Assembly: GCA_051294905.1 (NCBI GenBank)
Contig: CM119372.1
Span: 30,816,001 to 30,880,000 of the forward strand
DNA: 64,000 nt
Direction: 5' to 3'
Source of the DNA: Botryllus schlosseri
Taxonomy: Eukaryota
The position numbers and the translations under genes are program-made. Shown piece after piece: positions 35,680 to 50,400 of this stretch; within the stretch, counting starts at the first letter, position 1, and every line of letters begins with the position of its first letter. Below the pieces are notes generated by a model. The model searched no databases. It worked only from the letters and a program-made list of their open reading frames with translations, and was not told where the DNA came from.

Positions 35680-36733
35680 ATTTAGAATGTTTTAAATAAG
35701 TCAAGTTTTAGCAAAAATTGTAGTTGATCCATAAAGAATTGTGGACATGACGTTACAGCGAAGATGATAGCCGTGAATACATCAAAGTTGCTTTACCACG
35801 TAACGTGATAACAGCATTCAAGAAACATCGATACTGGGACACACAACGAGATTCAGAAACTGATATCAACAATAATATTAATAACAATATTGATTTTCAA
35901 TTATCTCTGCCTTTAAAACCCAAGATCATGCCAATTTTTCGTATCCAACTCTTCTGTAATCTCGTCATGTAATGCAACAGTAGTTACACTAGAGTAGCCC
36001 GAGGTCGTTGGGTTGATTGAGTCTTTAGGAGTGTCAGTTCAGTATGGGGGTTGGGGACTGTTGACTCCGGCAACTTCCATTCCGGGACACACAAAGATAT
36101 ATAAAGTAGGCTACATGCGACTCCGCAAAGTGCGCTCCCAAAATGATTGTCGGCCATAAAACCGACCCATGTATTCCGAAAGCCTTTGAGAAACATTTTC
36201 GGGTGCTTAAATGGCTGTATGGCGCCTAATGATCCTGTCCCTGCAATCAGGCCCCTCCAACATAAATGCGATTGCGTGGCGCAAGAAAATATCACCACTT
36301 CAAGTTAAAAAGTGCTAATTTGAAATTGAGCGAGTCTGATCAATAGAGGTTTTATAATTGGTCTGATTTGTATCAGCGATTTCAATCTTTAAAGTATAGC
36401 GTCAATCTGTACCAGAGGTTACGAACTAACCGTGCTTCAACGAATTGATAAGAATGGACACCACTTGTTCATACAGACGCACCAATATTATTGATCAAAT
36501 TAATCCTTCATTTATTAAAAAAAAAAAAACGTTCTGCACGTTCTCTAGAACATGGGCGGCCAACCCGTGGCCCACGAGAAGGTTTTGAGTATGCTTACCA
36601 TATTTTGGAAATCTAAAAAGAGGACACTTTTTCAGAAATTTGAGGCTTGCAAAACCGGAAAAGAATTCTCAAAAATCGGTGAATTTTTCCCACTTTTTGA
36701 TCGGTTGATTAAAAAAAGGTCAACTTTCCGCTC

Positions 36734-36986
36734 AGAGAGAGATATGATATTCTTTTTCGCCTGCACCATCGAGATGCTTTGACGACGGAGTTGCGATACG
36801 GCCCCATGAGGTCATCTAGTCTGCGCCCCCGTTTTTTTCTCCTCCATGCTATACGTGATTGCTGAGCGCCTAGCAGGATAGCTGCGGATACCAATTTTCG
36901 AGTCTTTGGTATGACCCGGCCGGGGATCGAACCCACGACCTACCCGCTCGAGAAGCCGGACGCATAACCATTACACTATCTCGCTC
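36734..36986 (-). mobile_element. tRNA-derived SINE, family A
   Basis: Near-identical to 7679-7949. Confidence 0.9.
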
Positions 36987-38821
36987 AAAATACCGTTTTT
37001 CTCTCCACATTGCTAGGTGGTTGACTAAAAAAAAAGGTCAACTTTTCGCTCAGACCTCAAATCACCGTTTTTCACTCCGAAATAACCGCCGGAGCGTCAC
37101 TTATGTGCTAATTTACGGCATATCACTCGCATTTTGTTCTAAATGTAACCTAAATTTCCAAAAAAGAGGACAAAATCTCAAAAAAGAGGACAAATCCTAT
37201 TAAAAGAGGACGTATGGTAACCCTAGTTTTGAGTGACCCGCGGGTTGATTCTCGAAATTACTAATATTATCAAAAAATAAATTACCAAAACCAAATAACC
37301 AAATTTTGTTTAGCTTGACCGCGAAATTTGGGATTTTGACGACTAAAATATCAGTTCCGACGCATTGGCGTAGCCAGGGGCGAGCCACATTTTTCGTAGA
37401 TCGTCCTATATAATGTACAATATTTCGCGCGGCTTGGTCGAGGATCCATCAGAAGACTTCATGTCATAATTGTTATTGATTTTGATACGTATAAATATAA
37501 GTATTGTTTCCACCGTTACCTATTATCCCGTACGCTCCTATCGGAAGAGTAAAAAAAGTTCATCAACATTCATATATAGTTCATATGGAACATCTAGTTC
37601 AAGATGTATAATTAAGCGCCTCCTGTTTGATGTTGACTGTTTGATGACACCACTTCTATCAGCCCTGCCGGTCAATCTGATAATGAAAACGTATTTGCAA
37701 TATGCAAATAACAATATAATGAGCAAATTTCATTCATTAACCAAGAAAAATTTTCGCGCTTCGCGCGAAGGTGTAGGACTAGTCGTCGGGGTTTTCCACA
37801 ATCGTCATACTATCACATCATGTCTGTGAATGGAATATATAAATATATATAACGATCGCCCCAGATGTTATGGTAGGGCCCAAGTCCATCGTTTTTAGCT
37901 ATTTTTCTTTATCTTTAACGTTCATTTACGTCATCGAATTTTTCGCCCCCCCCCCAAATATTTTTTCTGGCTACGCCCTTGGCTGACACGACTTGGAATT
38001 TCGGCCATCCCATATTCTTCAAGTGTATATCCATCGCCTTTTTCGTTTGGAGTATTTCTCATCCAATGCATATGAGAATGCATTGACATAATGTCGTTGA
38101 CGCGTAAGAGTCTAGGCGTTAATTCGACATGGTTGGTTGGTACAGTGAAACGTCCCACCCTCAGGAGACAGGAGTGTATGATTTCCTTCAGCATTTTGAA
38201 GTTTCATGGTTTTGATAGCGGTATTCATTGTCGCACTGAACCGAGCGAGTTGATTTCCATTCTTTGATATCAATTTTTCCTCATGATTTCACAAGATTTG
38301 CTGTAGTTGCTCCAATAGTCGACATTCGATAATAAAACGTGAGTGGTTAGTTTCAAAATCCGATGCCATACTTGCGTCTTGCTTGTATGTGTTCTTTCAT
38401 GCCATACCCCATGGCATAGATTGTGCCTGTGATATCTGTGAAGGTCTAATCCGGAATCTCACAGTCTTCAATCCTATCATATTATCGCCAAAAATCAGTC
38501 ACCAAACCCTGTCAACAAGCACACACGAACCACAAGCTACGAAGTGGCAACTCTGGCAAGCTCTGCATAAGGTTTGTTTGTTTTCATCTGTTGTAACGCA
38601 TCATTAGTCAAACCATACATATCGTGAATAACACTAGATCGTCATGATTTTAGTCTAGGGATCAGGGTCAGCCAGTCAGTTTTATTAATATTTTCATCAT
38701 TTCAACACACAACAAAACTGCGATACCATGAAAAGATAGGAAGGTGTAGAAAAAAACTTGGAGTATTCTTTAAGATCAGACACCCACCTTGGCCCAGGTG
38801 AAGTAAAGATGAGGCATGCAC

Positions 38822-38824
<3 letters not shown>

Positions 38825-38856
<32 letters not shown>

Positions 38857-39100
38857 TATGATATTCTTTTTCGCCTGCACGATCGAGATGCTTTGACGAC
38901 GGAGTTGCGATACGGCCGTGAGGTCATCTAGTCTGCGCCCCCGTTTTTTTCTCCTCCACACTATCCGTGATTGCTGAGCGCCTAGCAGGATAGCTGCGGA
39001 TACCAATTTTCGCGTCTTTGGTATGACCCGGTCGGGGATCGAACTCACGACCTACCGATCGAGAAGCCGGACGCATAACCATTGCACTATCTCGCTCGGT
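38825..39100 (-). mobile_element. tRNA-derived SINE, family A, long (CT)n tail
   Basis: Near-identical to 7679-7949; (GA)n on + at 38825-38853. Confidence 0.9.
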
Positions 39101-39124
39101 AGTGAATGAAAAGTAATGCAGAGA

Positions 39125-39860
39125 CTATACGACGTAAGCCACAAAATGAGGTGGCATGTGGCGGAAGGCGAGGTCGATTTCAGGTCGTGGTCCGGTAATC
39201 CTGAAGGCTAAGAAGTATTTATTTAGAAGAAATTGCTTGTATTTCGACTTGGATGCGGACATGCTCGACGACTGTCGGATAGCCGGCGAGATGCTGTTTC
39301 CCAATTGGGGTCCGGCATACTTGATAGAGCAATGCGTTTTCTTGCATTCCGTCCTGATCATATTGTAGTTGTTCTTCGTTGATGCGCGTGTGCTGTAGGC
39401 CTACTTGTGCGCTTTTGACTACGAGGTGTAATAGTCGTAGAAATTTGGGGGACATTGACCGCAATTGAACTGATACATAAACTTGGCAATTTCTAGCTTT
39501 CTCATATCTTCTATGTTTAGAACACCAAATCTTTTGAGCAGCGATTTATCGGTTGCACATCCAGGCCCCGTGGGGCTTTGGCAATGATACGCATGATACG
39601 ATTCTGAAGTTTTTGCAGTAGGTCAATCGTATTCTTGCAGGCGCAGCACCCCGACAAAGAATTCCGTATTGTAACTGTGATAGGAATAGAGGGTTGAACA
39701 GTATCAACAGCACCATAACTGGCAGAGTGTAGTTAAAGTGGCGAAACAGACCACATACCTTCGATAGTTGTGGTTTGAGTGATTGTATGTGACTCTTCCA
39801 AGACATGTTCGAATGCAGTAAAACACCATAAGGTATTTGGCATTTTTTGCGTCTCGCGAT
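39125..39860 (-). mobile_element. Degenerate CR1-like LINE 3' fragment
   Basis: Frameshifted MSWKSHIQSLKPQLSKVCG...LSQLQYGILC and SIKYAGPQLGNSISPAIRQS...KYKQFLL, paralleling the 6987-7660 ORF. Confidence 0.8.
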
Positions 39861-40266
39861 ATTAGTTGTTGATGCGCGGTGAGTTGATAATTAGCGGGTG
39901 CGGTGACTGGATGGGATCATAAAATGTTAAATTTGACACACTTAGGCTTCCAATCATTACAAAACTTGGTTAAATGAAAGATAACATCTAATAGTACAAA
40001 TATCAACAAAAATATTTTTTCTTCATTTTTTTTTTCATTTTCAGGGGTAGTCTCCCCCCTTAATGCCATAAACCGGAGTGAAAACGATTTTCTGATGTAC
40101 GCAAACGATTTGACAAATCAAAAGTTGGATCATTGTCGTGGTTCTGGCCAAACTGTCAGAGTAGGAAGTATGAAAAAAGTTCCCCGGACATTTGCATACC
40201 ATACCACACTTGCATTTTACAAATTCCATCCCGAAATTTCGTTCCATACCATACCATAGGCCTACT

Positions 40267-41549
40267 CAGGGCCGTAACAGCACTGCGTCAGCCCCCCCAA
40301 CTTTGGTCTTGGGCCCCCCATTGGGTTATAGACCGAACTTCAGGGGGGCTTCGCCCCCCAGACCCCCCCTCCGGCGATAACCTGTTTACCGCTATTCACC
40401 ATATTGGTTGGGAGTTTGTTTAGTGAATAAGCTTTTGTCGCCTATGTGCGCGAAATTTCTAGAATTCATGATTGAATCGGTCAGTATGATCGGGAATTGC
40501 ATATATATTGCTATCAATTTTTATCTTCTATCTGCTCACGTAATCAGATTTGCCGGTATAGAGCTGAGTGAGGTGTATTTGAAAAGGTAGGACCACTCAA
40601 TAATAATTAAACATCTTCGGGCGTATACCCGTTGGCAGGAACGAAACAGCACCTCGTCAGGCCCCGAAAAACGTGGGTCTTGGGCTCCCATAGGGTGATG
40701 AAACGACCCATCCATCACGTTGTTCGCGTTTGTCACGAAATCGTCTGTAGCCTATACTGTATTGTGAGCCAGCGCGAAGAGCGAAAATTTTCGATAATTT
40801 ATGATAAAATCGGTCAATCAGATCGGCGATTGCATATATTAGGCTATATTATGCTATCAATTTATTGTACTCTCTACTCACGTAATTAGATTTACCGGTA
40901 GAGCTGAGTGAAGTGTCTGTCGGGAGGGCCTGTAATTAATTATTAAACATCTTCGGGCGGGCGGACCCGCTGATATGACTTCGTTAGATGATGTTATTTC
41001 GTGACTTCCAGTCTGCTATATCAAAAAATATAGAATCGCCCAGATGTAGGCTTCTAAACTAAGAGACGCACACGATTTCAAATTGGTATTTCTTCACTGG
41101 CATAAAATTTTTCCCAGCGGGATGGTATTTGTCTTGTGAGGCTCCGATTGCAAAGACAGGAACATTCGGCGCCAGTCATTTTGGCGCCTATGGACAATTA
41201 AACCTATATCTATTTTGTATATATAAAGAAGTCTTCGGTCAGCATAAGGGCAGAGACCTTTTCGGCCAAGGTTTTCTCGCTGCCGATCGTTCTGGCACAC
41301 TTCCTGGAGTCGCATGTTATATGGCTTAAAACTTGCTTGTATGTCTTGCTGGGTCGTGGCGTGGTAATGGCCCAATCCCCAATAATAAACAGAAATGGCT
41401 ACTTGAATTCGCGAAAAATTTTGAAAAAATTGCATAAATTTTGAAAAAATACTCTATGATTTATGCTAATTCCCGAAATAATTTCGGGCTCCCTTCGAGC
41501 TCGGGCCCCCCCAAATTGGGGGGTTTGGGGTGCGGCAGTTACGGTGCTG
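40267..41549. mobile_element. hAT-type non-autonomous element (CAGGGCCGTAAC family) with an internal duplication
   Basis: TIR CAGGGCCGTAAC / GTTACGGTGCTG; perfect 8-bp TSD GGCCTACT (40259-40266, 41550-41557); inserted into an (ATACC)n-containing repeat. Confidence 0.87.
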
Positions 41550-41812
41550 GGCCTACTTACATACCAGACCAGACCATACCACATGCCCGTATTATGAAAG
41601 AACAGTAACATGTTACTAGAATAGCTTGAGGCCATTGTGAGGCTTTGGTTATCAACCTTTTGACCTCGCGGCACCTTTTGAAAATGAAGAATAGTTCGCG
41701 GCACAATAGCACCGTATAGCTGTCAACTTGTTTTGGCTTACGGCACGAGCAAACTACCAAAACACTTAGCAGCACCCACAGTCGTACAGAGGTGGTCTCT
41801 GACGAAGTACTT

Positions 41813-42240
41813 CTACCTTTTCGGAGTACTCAAGTAGGCTTTGCTCTGCTTTAAAGAATAATATATTACGATATCTTGTACATCTGCGGTCATGTCACGA
41901 ATACATCTATGAATGGTATCATTTGACATGGGAATCGTTTTTAATTCTTCCGCTGCTTTCGTCCCAAACATATTTTTACAATTCCAGGGCAAGCCGGAAA
42001 AATAACTTTTTCCGCTTCCGTGTGAGGTTTCCAATGTTTAGCTATTACCTCTGCTACCAAATACTGCCTTGTTGCGATCTCGTTGAAACTTCAGACGTTT
42101 TGGTAAACGGCCTACATTAGTGTTTTCGCTCACCCAAAAGTTTGTTTGAATATAATAGCTCGGCGGTTTGTCAGACAAATGTCTACTGTCTATGCTTTCT
42201 TTTCCAATGTACCTGCACTTCCGAAAACTCATTTTTTACT
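41813..42240 (-). mobile_element. Buster/Charlie-like hAT transposase fragment
   Basis: MFGTKAAEELKTIPMSNDTIHRCIRDMTADVQ resembles the IPLSNNT..RRI.DM motif of Buster-type transposases; frameshifted. Confidence 0.78.
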
Positions 42241-42431
42241 ATAATGATCATCATCGCTTGGTTTCCTTTCTTTCAAAATTTAAAATAATATTACTAAAAG
42301 TCAACTTTTGTACGTAAAGCGTCCCACTCATGGCTACTAAGCCCTGATAGAAAGTCGTCGTATTTATCGGGCATAGAAGCGTATAGATATGGCAAACGCA
42401 TTTCCACGCAAATCGTGTAGAACGCGTGAGC

Positions 42432-43786
42432 CGACTTGGACAATTAGAAAATCTTCAACTTTTTCAGCTTAGATTAGAATTAGAATTAGAGCTACTCAGT
42501 TTTTTCCAACTTAGATTGGAATAAAATTAGAGCTAGGCAAGTTTTTCTAAGTTAAATTAGAATTAGAATTAGAGCTACACAGCTTTTTCCAAATTAGATT
42601 AGAATTAGAATTACTGAATTCGCAAAAACTTGGAAATTGAATGAAATTGTGAATGGGAAATGAATCCAGCGGAAATCAGTTCATATCAAATCACAGTATA
42701 TTCCCATAACCATGAGAATGATTAGCGTCTTTACACCAAGCTTGGCCCGTTTTTTACTATGCCAGGGGTCACTGCAATCGCCGCGGGCGATCTAATTTGA
42801 GATTTTGGAAACACGCAAAATAATGCATTTTGAAATGCTAAGATTGATTTGAGTTTCAAATTATTGTTATTGTTTCAAAATAAGCTATTCGCCTGTGCTC
42901 AACAACACTATTCCACACTATAGCTGAAACTGCTTCGGCGATGGCAACAGCATTCCATCGATGGAGAGTCTGCTGATATCAATAAGCATATTGACGTTTA
43001 TGATCATGATATTTCTTGTACTTGTATAACTTTAATAGAATATTACTCCCTTTGTGGTAACCATGAGCATCGCCCATGTTAGTCAGCACGGCGTTATACT
43101 AACGTGAAGTTTCAAAAACTGGAATGTTGTTCGCAGACTGCAAGCTACTATGCTAGCAGGTTATTATTATTCGTCACAATAACTACCATGGTGTAAGTAA
43201 GGCGATGGCGGCTTGGCAGTGGATTTCCCTACGCGAGATGGATATTCTCGTTTACTTGCTGCAAAATGCCTCGGACCAAGAGGCATTTTCATGAAAACAA
43301 ATAATTAGATTAAAACTGAAATTAGAGCAGAGAGACATTTCACAAAGGACGGAAAGGACGTAGTTTATTTTTGTCTTAGATGTTTTTGCGGCATATACAC
43401 CGACTCATGATACACATACACACGATCTGCACATATGCATATCATGAGTGCATGATGTGCATATGCCGCTGGACAAGGAAGGTGCAGCTATAGCCTTGTA
43501 CGGCTTTCTAAGTCTTGCACCACCCCTCCATGCTATCCCAGTAATGCATGAGCGGCAAGCAGGGAAGCCATGGATACCAGTGTTACTAATCGGGTCTTTG
43601 GTCTGACCCGACCGGGGATCGAACCCACGACCTACCGATCAAGAAACCGCACGCTTGACCATTACGCTATCTTGTCGGTGTCACAAATCACAATTTAATC
43701 ACAGATTAGATTAAAATTAGATTGCTGGCATTTCGCTATAATTTAGTGAAATTAAACAACTAAAATTATCTAGTTGTCCAAGTCCG
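42432..43786. mobile_element. Probable non-autonomous DNA transposon with (TTAGA/TTAGAA)n subterminal repeats
   Basis: Inverted ends GACTTGGACAATTAGA / TCTAGTTGTCCAAGTC; TTAGAATTAGA arrays at 42465-42615 and 43705-43760; contains a family-A-related SINE head at about 43560-43680. TSD unclear. Confidence 0.62.
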
Positions 43787-44644
43787 CGTGTGAGGATTGC
43801 CATACCGCAATATAGTTCTACTGGAAACCACTCGCAGTCCAATTATAGTTCCAACAAACCGGCCTACATTTTATCGGCAGTGACAACAAGCTAGAAGCTA
43901 CCTGTCAATCGCTATGTGGATGGCTATGTTTGTAATTCGACTTTTGTAAACGTGAACGTCACTTCAAAAGTAGTTCATTTGTCGCTGGGGATTAAGAAGA
44001 CAATGATGATGATTGAAAACTGCATTGTCACACAGGCGCTACCATGACTGATATTCTCTGCGATCAATCAACGTATTGTGCAAAACTGAATTCAACCTTC
44101 AAGGCACGCGATATCTCGGGTAAAGCGAATTCGCGGGTGATATTGATTGCGGGCATGACGGCGCCGTTTGTTTTAAATGCAACCCTAATTGTACATCTGA
44201 GCAGAGTAGTCTTCACAAAGGCTAAGGTTATGGTTAACTGATTTATATTTGCTTGGACCTTTTACGGAACATCTTTAAAGTGCTACCAGTCCTATCAGAA
44301 CGTGTTTACTGTCCGTGTTTGGTTGTCGAGCGGACATTTCTTCTTTTGACTTGAAATCAAAAGTCACGTCTGGTCAGAACTATCCAAAAATATCCGAAAC
44401 AAAATCTGCAATAGAATCCGAATCCGATCCGACTCTCTCAAAATTGTGCAAAATCCGGTCCGAACCCTATCCGAGTCCGCCCGATGGTCATCACTGGTAT
44501 GCGTGTTTGGACTGCATTTCTACCCCGACATCATGTCTGTGGTATGTCCGGAGTGTGTTTGGATTGCGTTGTCAGTCGGACATCATCTCTTGGGTATGTC
44601 TGAGGTGTGTTTCGACTGCGTTTGCACCAGGACATCACGTAGGT

Positions 44645-45782
44645 GAGGGGTGGGCAAACTACAGCCTGCGGGCCGCATGCGGCCCTCCACACCGTTCTGT
44701 GCGACCCGCGAGAGTCTAAAGAAACTTATTAAAAATATTGATAAAATGCGTACTAAAAATCGAATTGATGCTGGGACTTGATAAAACATTTTCTTAGTAT
44801 ATTTCACCATGATAATTATAAGGCAGTGGTTCTCAAACTGGGGGCGCATCCTCCTTGGGGGCGTGAAAGCATCTGAAGGGGGGCGCAAAGCTGAGCTCAA
44901 CTGAGAGAAGTTTTCGCGCCCCGCGCGATCTACATCCCATTCATAATTGTTGCTCTCTATTTAGTCTGAATGTCACATTTAAAAATCTCTCATCCACAGT
45001 CGTAACCTTCCATGCCATCATCTAACTATCCGTTAGGTTTGCTAGCATCCTGGTTGCGTGTTGTGATATGACGATAAGGGGGGGGGGTGAAGTCTTATAC
45101 CATCATACGGGGGGGGGGGCGTGTCTTCTAAAGTTTGAGAACCACTGTTCCAAGGTAAACACTTCCTATATTATTTTTTATGTTTAATTTCTGGCGCGAC
45201 AGCCCGATCTCAATGTCCACGCAGTTTGAATGGTGTGATTTCAGATTGGCCACTCCAGTTTTAAATATTTCAGTGATGTGCTAGTAAAAAAACGATTCGC
45301 GCGTGTCTTAGGCAGATTCGTTCTCTGTATATGCGTAGAATTAGGGTAAGAATATTCATCTACACATAGTAGAAGCGTGTTTGAAGCTAACATGGTTATG
45401 ATGCAGTCTGCATTGTATGTCCTGGAACTGATCCAAAAGTGTAATTACTAAGTCTATGAATAGATCGCTGCTCACAGATTTAAATTTCAATCCTGTTCTA
45501 AGAATCGGGACAACCGACTTTCATCTCTCTAGTTTTGACAAATTGGTTGTTGAGGTCGACCAGCCTATGAAATCTAGCCACTGTTTCTGACATGTGTACG
45601 ATATCATCAAAGCAATGTTTGGATTGTTTTAAATAAGCAAATATATTATCTCCATGTCCTCACTATATAGTCGAATACCAATATTGCGTTTTGGTTTATA
45701 ATCGCAATTTTAAATAGTGCGGCCCGCGAATGTATTCAGACGTTGAATGCGGCCCGCGAGCTCAAAAGTTTGCGCACCCCTG
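44645..45782. mobile_element. hAT-type MITE with a nested MITE (44824-45147)
   Basis: Outer ends (G)AGGGGTGGGCAAACT / AGTTTGCGCACCCCTG with TSD ACGTAGGT/ACGTAGGG; inner TIR CAGTGGTTCTCAAACT / AGTTTGAGAACCACTG. Confidence 0.83.
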
Positions 45783-47425
45783 ACGTAGGGGGTATGATGT
45801 CCGAGCTACAACGCAATCCAAGCACACCCCAGACATCATGATACCTTAGTAACGGCGGAGTCCATGCACACACCAGATATAACAAAAACACGGAATATAT
45901 ATGCAATCCCCGATCATATTGACCGATTGAATCATGAATAATAGAAATTTGAAGCGCGTTTAGGTATAAGTTGACTCACCAAAGAATACAACAAATCTCG
46001 CTGATAAGTGGCGGTAAAAAGGTACAGGCGGATGGGGGTCTTAGGGCGAAGCCCTCCAGAAATTGGGTTTATCACCCTAATGGGGCCCAAGACCGACGTT
46101 TTTTTTTTGGGGGGGGGGCTGACGAAGTTTCGGTCCTGCCATGGCCTATTGAGTCGGAGACGGATCGTAACAACGGTCACAATTCAGGATGTAGGCTAGC
46201 CGTTACTGAATGGCAATGATTCCATGACGAGATTGTTCGGGGTGCGTGATTGCACTAGAAGTTGAACACTTAAGCGACAAAACTCCATCACTCTAATGCG
46301 GATGTAATACACCGACTTGACGGTGCGAAAATTATATTCACCTCTGTCAATTCAATATTATTATTTCTGAGCGATGATTCAATTAAATACGATCAAAGTT
46401 TTTTGCTTTCTAGACTCACTACAAAATCATTGATATTATTTAGTCTTGGCAATCTGCGGTTCGTAAGCTGAATAATTATTCGAAATGCCCTGTGACTAAA
46501 TTAGGGGCAATAGATCACTGTTCTATGGAAAGTTGAATAAACAGAACTTCAACTCCAACTGCATGGAGTTCAAATGAGTTCGTGGACGTGACTCTTGCTC
46601 GCCATCGTGCTGTAATGGATAAATCGATTAAAATGACTACTGAAGATAACCACGATGAAAGCAAGTAAGTGCCTTGTTGAAGACCGATCCACACTCTACC
46701 AATATACTGATTACTATCGATAGCTTAAGTACATTGCACATCATGCGTACTCGAGTATTTCCTTTAATATCAGTTCTATTTTTTTTTTCAGCAAAGTCAA
46801 CTCTATCGCGGACAGAAAAGGCAAGCATCAAGTGTAGAATAGGTGTGTCTCAGAGATGATGATTTTGGAAAACAACACTGAATGCAACCGCATTTAGTTG
46901 TCTAAAGTATCATACAGCCATTTCTATGAAAAAATTTGCATTAAATGTACTAACGGGAGCTGACAAGCTAACATTTACAATTTCAAGAATATTGTTTATA
47001 CAGATTGCAACCCATGACAGTATACATTATATAGAAGACTGTTCCAATAGTCAATAGTGTTTATGCAAACGTGCTTATGCAGAATTATAACCTGAAGTAT
47101 GTAGGAGAGTTCAAGGATGGCATGTTTAGGTAAAACGTTATGGTACCTTTGAAAGCATAATTCATCGCATGAAAATATAACGAAATGGTAGTGTACACTG
47201 TACACTGTACAGATATGCATCTATGAGATTAAATACCATAACAATTGGTCGCGATAGCGTACGATATGAATTCATCGGATTTGCTATTTTGCAAATTGCA
47301 GATACGGAGTAAAGAGACAGCAGTTTATATTTCAAGCGTTCAAAATCCTCGTATCTCGTACCAATGGCATAATTTCGTGAAAGAATAATGTAATAAACGT
47401 GGTCCGTCGTTCGGTTTCTTTCGGA

Positions 47426-50400
47426 TCATTGATATAAGATGTTGTAATGAATCTTGGGCGCAGTCGACATCACATCGTTTAGGATCTCTTTGACTTCGTT
47501 ATCCTGGCTCAATACGATGACTGTGCTTCCCGGCGTTCTGGTGATGTGCGGCGTCATTGCCAGCCAGGCTGCAAACGATATGGCAATTAAGGTATACTGC
47601 AGATTTACTGGAACTTGATTTCTTTATTACAATGTGGGAACCCCCCCCGAAATAAAAGTTTATATAGAGAGAGATATATAGAAAATTTTGTTTAAATATG
47701 CCTATTGTGCATAAATGATTCCAGCCGTATTGTCAATTATGAAAGAACGGCAACCAACCTTTTTTTGTTTTGATACTCATGATGTTTCGACTACATTGGA
47801 CATTTTACACCAGGCCTATGTACTGTATTTTTGGTTCTGCATTCACAGACTTGTAGCACGGCCCACTTCTAGGCATTTTATAAGACACTGCTTATGCGGA
47901 TCACGTGGCGAATAGGAGCCTAGATAAACCACCAACACTGGGATAGGAATTTTTGAGTCGACCTCGGTCGGACTCGAACGCGCAACCCATTGGTGTTGCA
48001 GCTATGGATCATACTATTACGCTATCTCGCCACGCCAACCTAATATCGTAACCAGCCTAATATCGTATGAAACCGTTCGGTGCAGACTGCGGGAGCGCGA
48101 CTATAGTAGGCTATATGAACCGGCATATTGGCGCTGTGCATTTTCACGCTAGGAGACACGACCTAGACATAACGCTTCGGTAAACATGCGACCATGCGAC
48201 TCCGTGCGGTGTGTGCGCTGCCAAAATGATTGGCAGCAATAATGAATAAAATAACCGCCGCATGTTGGCCAAAACGTCCGACATTGATATGTCCACTGTC
48301 CAGTGGCCGAATAGTAAATGCGCCCCATCTTGAGACCCACGTATCAAATGAGACCCCTCGAGGAAAATAATGAGCCCCGTGTAGAAATGAGAATTTGGAA
48401 TCGTGTTCGTCTCACGAAAGGAGATATTCTTTTAGTTTCGTCTGATACGTGTAATAAGCGATTCCAATATATCTGGACCAACGACCTTTATCGCTTTACC
48501 GCAACCTTGGGAGCTTTGCAGACAAATCAGGTGCCAGTACCCCAACCCTAATGTGACATCAAACCGACTGGCATAATACAGGGGTGGGCACATTTTTCAT
48601 CATCAGGCCAGCCATATCATCGTAACAACATTTATGTGCCTGTCACTTATTGGCTATGGTACCGAATACAGCGGACATGGAAACGACCAAAGCAACCACA
48701 GAATATCGATCATAGCGCGACTAAAAATAAATGATGCAAATACTACGTACATTACGCGTCTAGTGCGGGAGCAACTAAAATTTATACCCATCGAGATCAA
48801 TACCGGCCGTAACCGATGCCAGCTGCAATTAAGCGGTTGGTGGGATTCCTTGTTTCAAACGCTAAATATGACAAAATTCAAAATGTTTGGCACGCGAGTG
48901 GGTAATATTTTGACATTTTAGCACGCTGCATGCGAAAATTTACCGAGTCCTGGTATAGTGTTTGACGATATTTGAGTAGAACAACCCTAAAGCAAAAAAT
49001 GATTTTCCAACATTTACACTAAGAATCATTCACTTGAAAGGTCATAATCGAGAACGGGTTGGGTCCAAGCCATGATATGAGCGTATTTTTTATGTTGAAT
49101 ACCAAACCCTGTTCTGGATTTCCGCTTCACATTTAAGGCTAAAATAAAATACGGAATGAATTTCCCGTTATGTCCAAATCCAAGACCATAGTGGATAAGT
49201 ATAGACTACTAAAAATTATTTGTCGTGTTTTCAAATACAATACCAACCAACCAGGTTCAAAACGATCGCAAATACAAAACCTATCTCAATCCGGTAAAAA
49301 TATTGAACTCCAATTTGAAAATCTAAATCCATGCTCATTGCTCATCGCTGGTGCGGGCAGATAATGTAATGGCTGAGCTTGTTTCCGCTCTGACAATGTT
49401 TCAATTGATGGTTTGGTGGCAGAAAGAGCCAACTACAAGTACTGTAAAATATCTAAGACACTGCGCTGTTTTATATTTAGACATAACTTCGCTGAAAGCT
49501 CACATTCACAACGATATGTTAATGGGCAGCAATGACATCACAGTTCGCCGTACTTCTGCTGTATTAATATATTTATTGAATGTTAATTTATTTCTTTTAT
49601 TATAGTGGAGTAGACTCAGAGATATATGATCGCAAATTTTGTTCGTGGCCTCCATGGTCCTCGTACTTGGGAACCCCTGCTCTAAATAAATATGAAATCA
49701 GGCCCAAGGCGAAATTTCAATTTCAATGATTGTAATTAGTAGGAATGCAGTGGGATTATAGACAAATCAATAAGTACTGAAATCTCATAGTCCTTTTAAA
49801 TAATCTATACCACTTGACTTTATACAGTATGCATGTAGGTATACAGTCATTTAATTCTATACATAGGTTCGGTTACGATACTACTCGGTCTATTTAAATA
49901 TTGCCGATTCATGCTTTCAATGCAGCAATCTAGCCTACGGCGTGTTATCGCACGCCGTTTTCTCTCATTTGCGGTACTGCTTTCAATCATCATCTCTGTA
50001 TTTCTGAGAGTGTATTCCTCTTTTCAGCACCTTAATCATTGCCATTTGTAAATTTAATTGATAGAATTCATCAATTACTGTGAATTATATCAAATCTTTT
50101 AACAGTATCACATAAAGATATTGGCAAAGGAGCGCACGAATTATAAATCAATCATTAGACCAAAAGCATGTTTCAACTGTCGATATATACCTTTCTTGTT
50201 GGTCAGGCGTTCCAAACCGTCGAACACAACGAGGTCAAATTTTCCAAGCTCAACTGGCAGCCAGGTCAACTGAATGAAGCGAAATAAGATATATATTGCA
50301 AGCGAGAATATTTTCATCATAAGACCATGGCGGCCGAAAAGAAAGAAACTTAACCGTCATTGTGAAACAGTGGTTCTCAACAAATTTTTTCGAACAATGT

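Noticed and set aside
37985..38600. Coding-looking minus-strand stretch with a Cys cluster
   Set aside because: Broken by stops and no family recognised; probably decayed mobile DNA.
40085..40150. Candidate ovoA exon 1 on the minus strand (..DPTFDLSNR..)
   Set aside because: No GT donor in the required phase 2 and no in-frame ATG recognised.
44258..44340. Candidate ovoA exon 1 (ATG TCC GCT CGA..)
   Set aside because: In-frame TAA before the donor-like site, and the phase does not fit.
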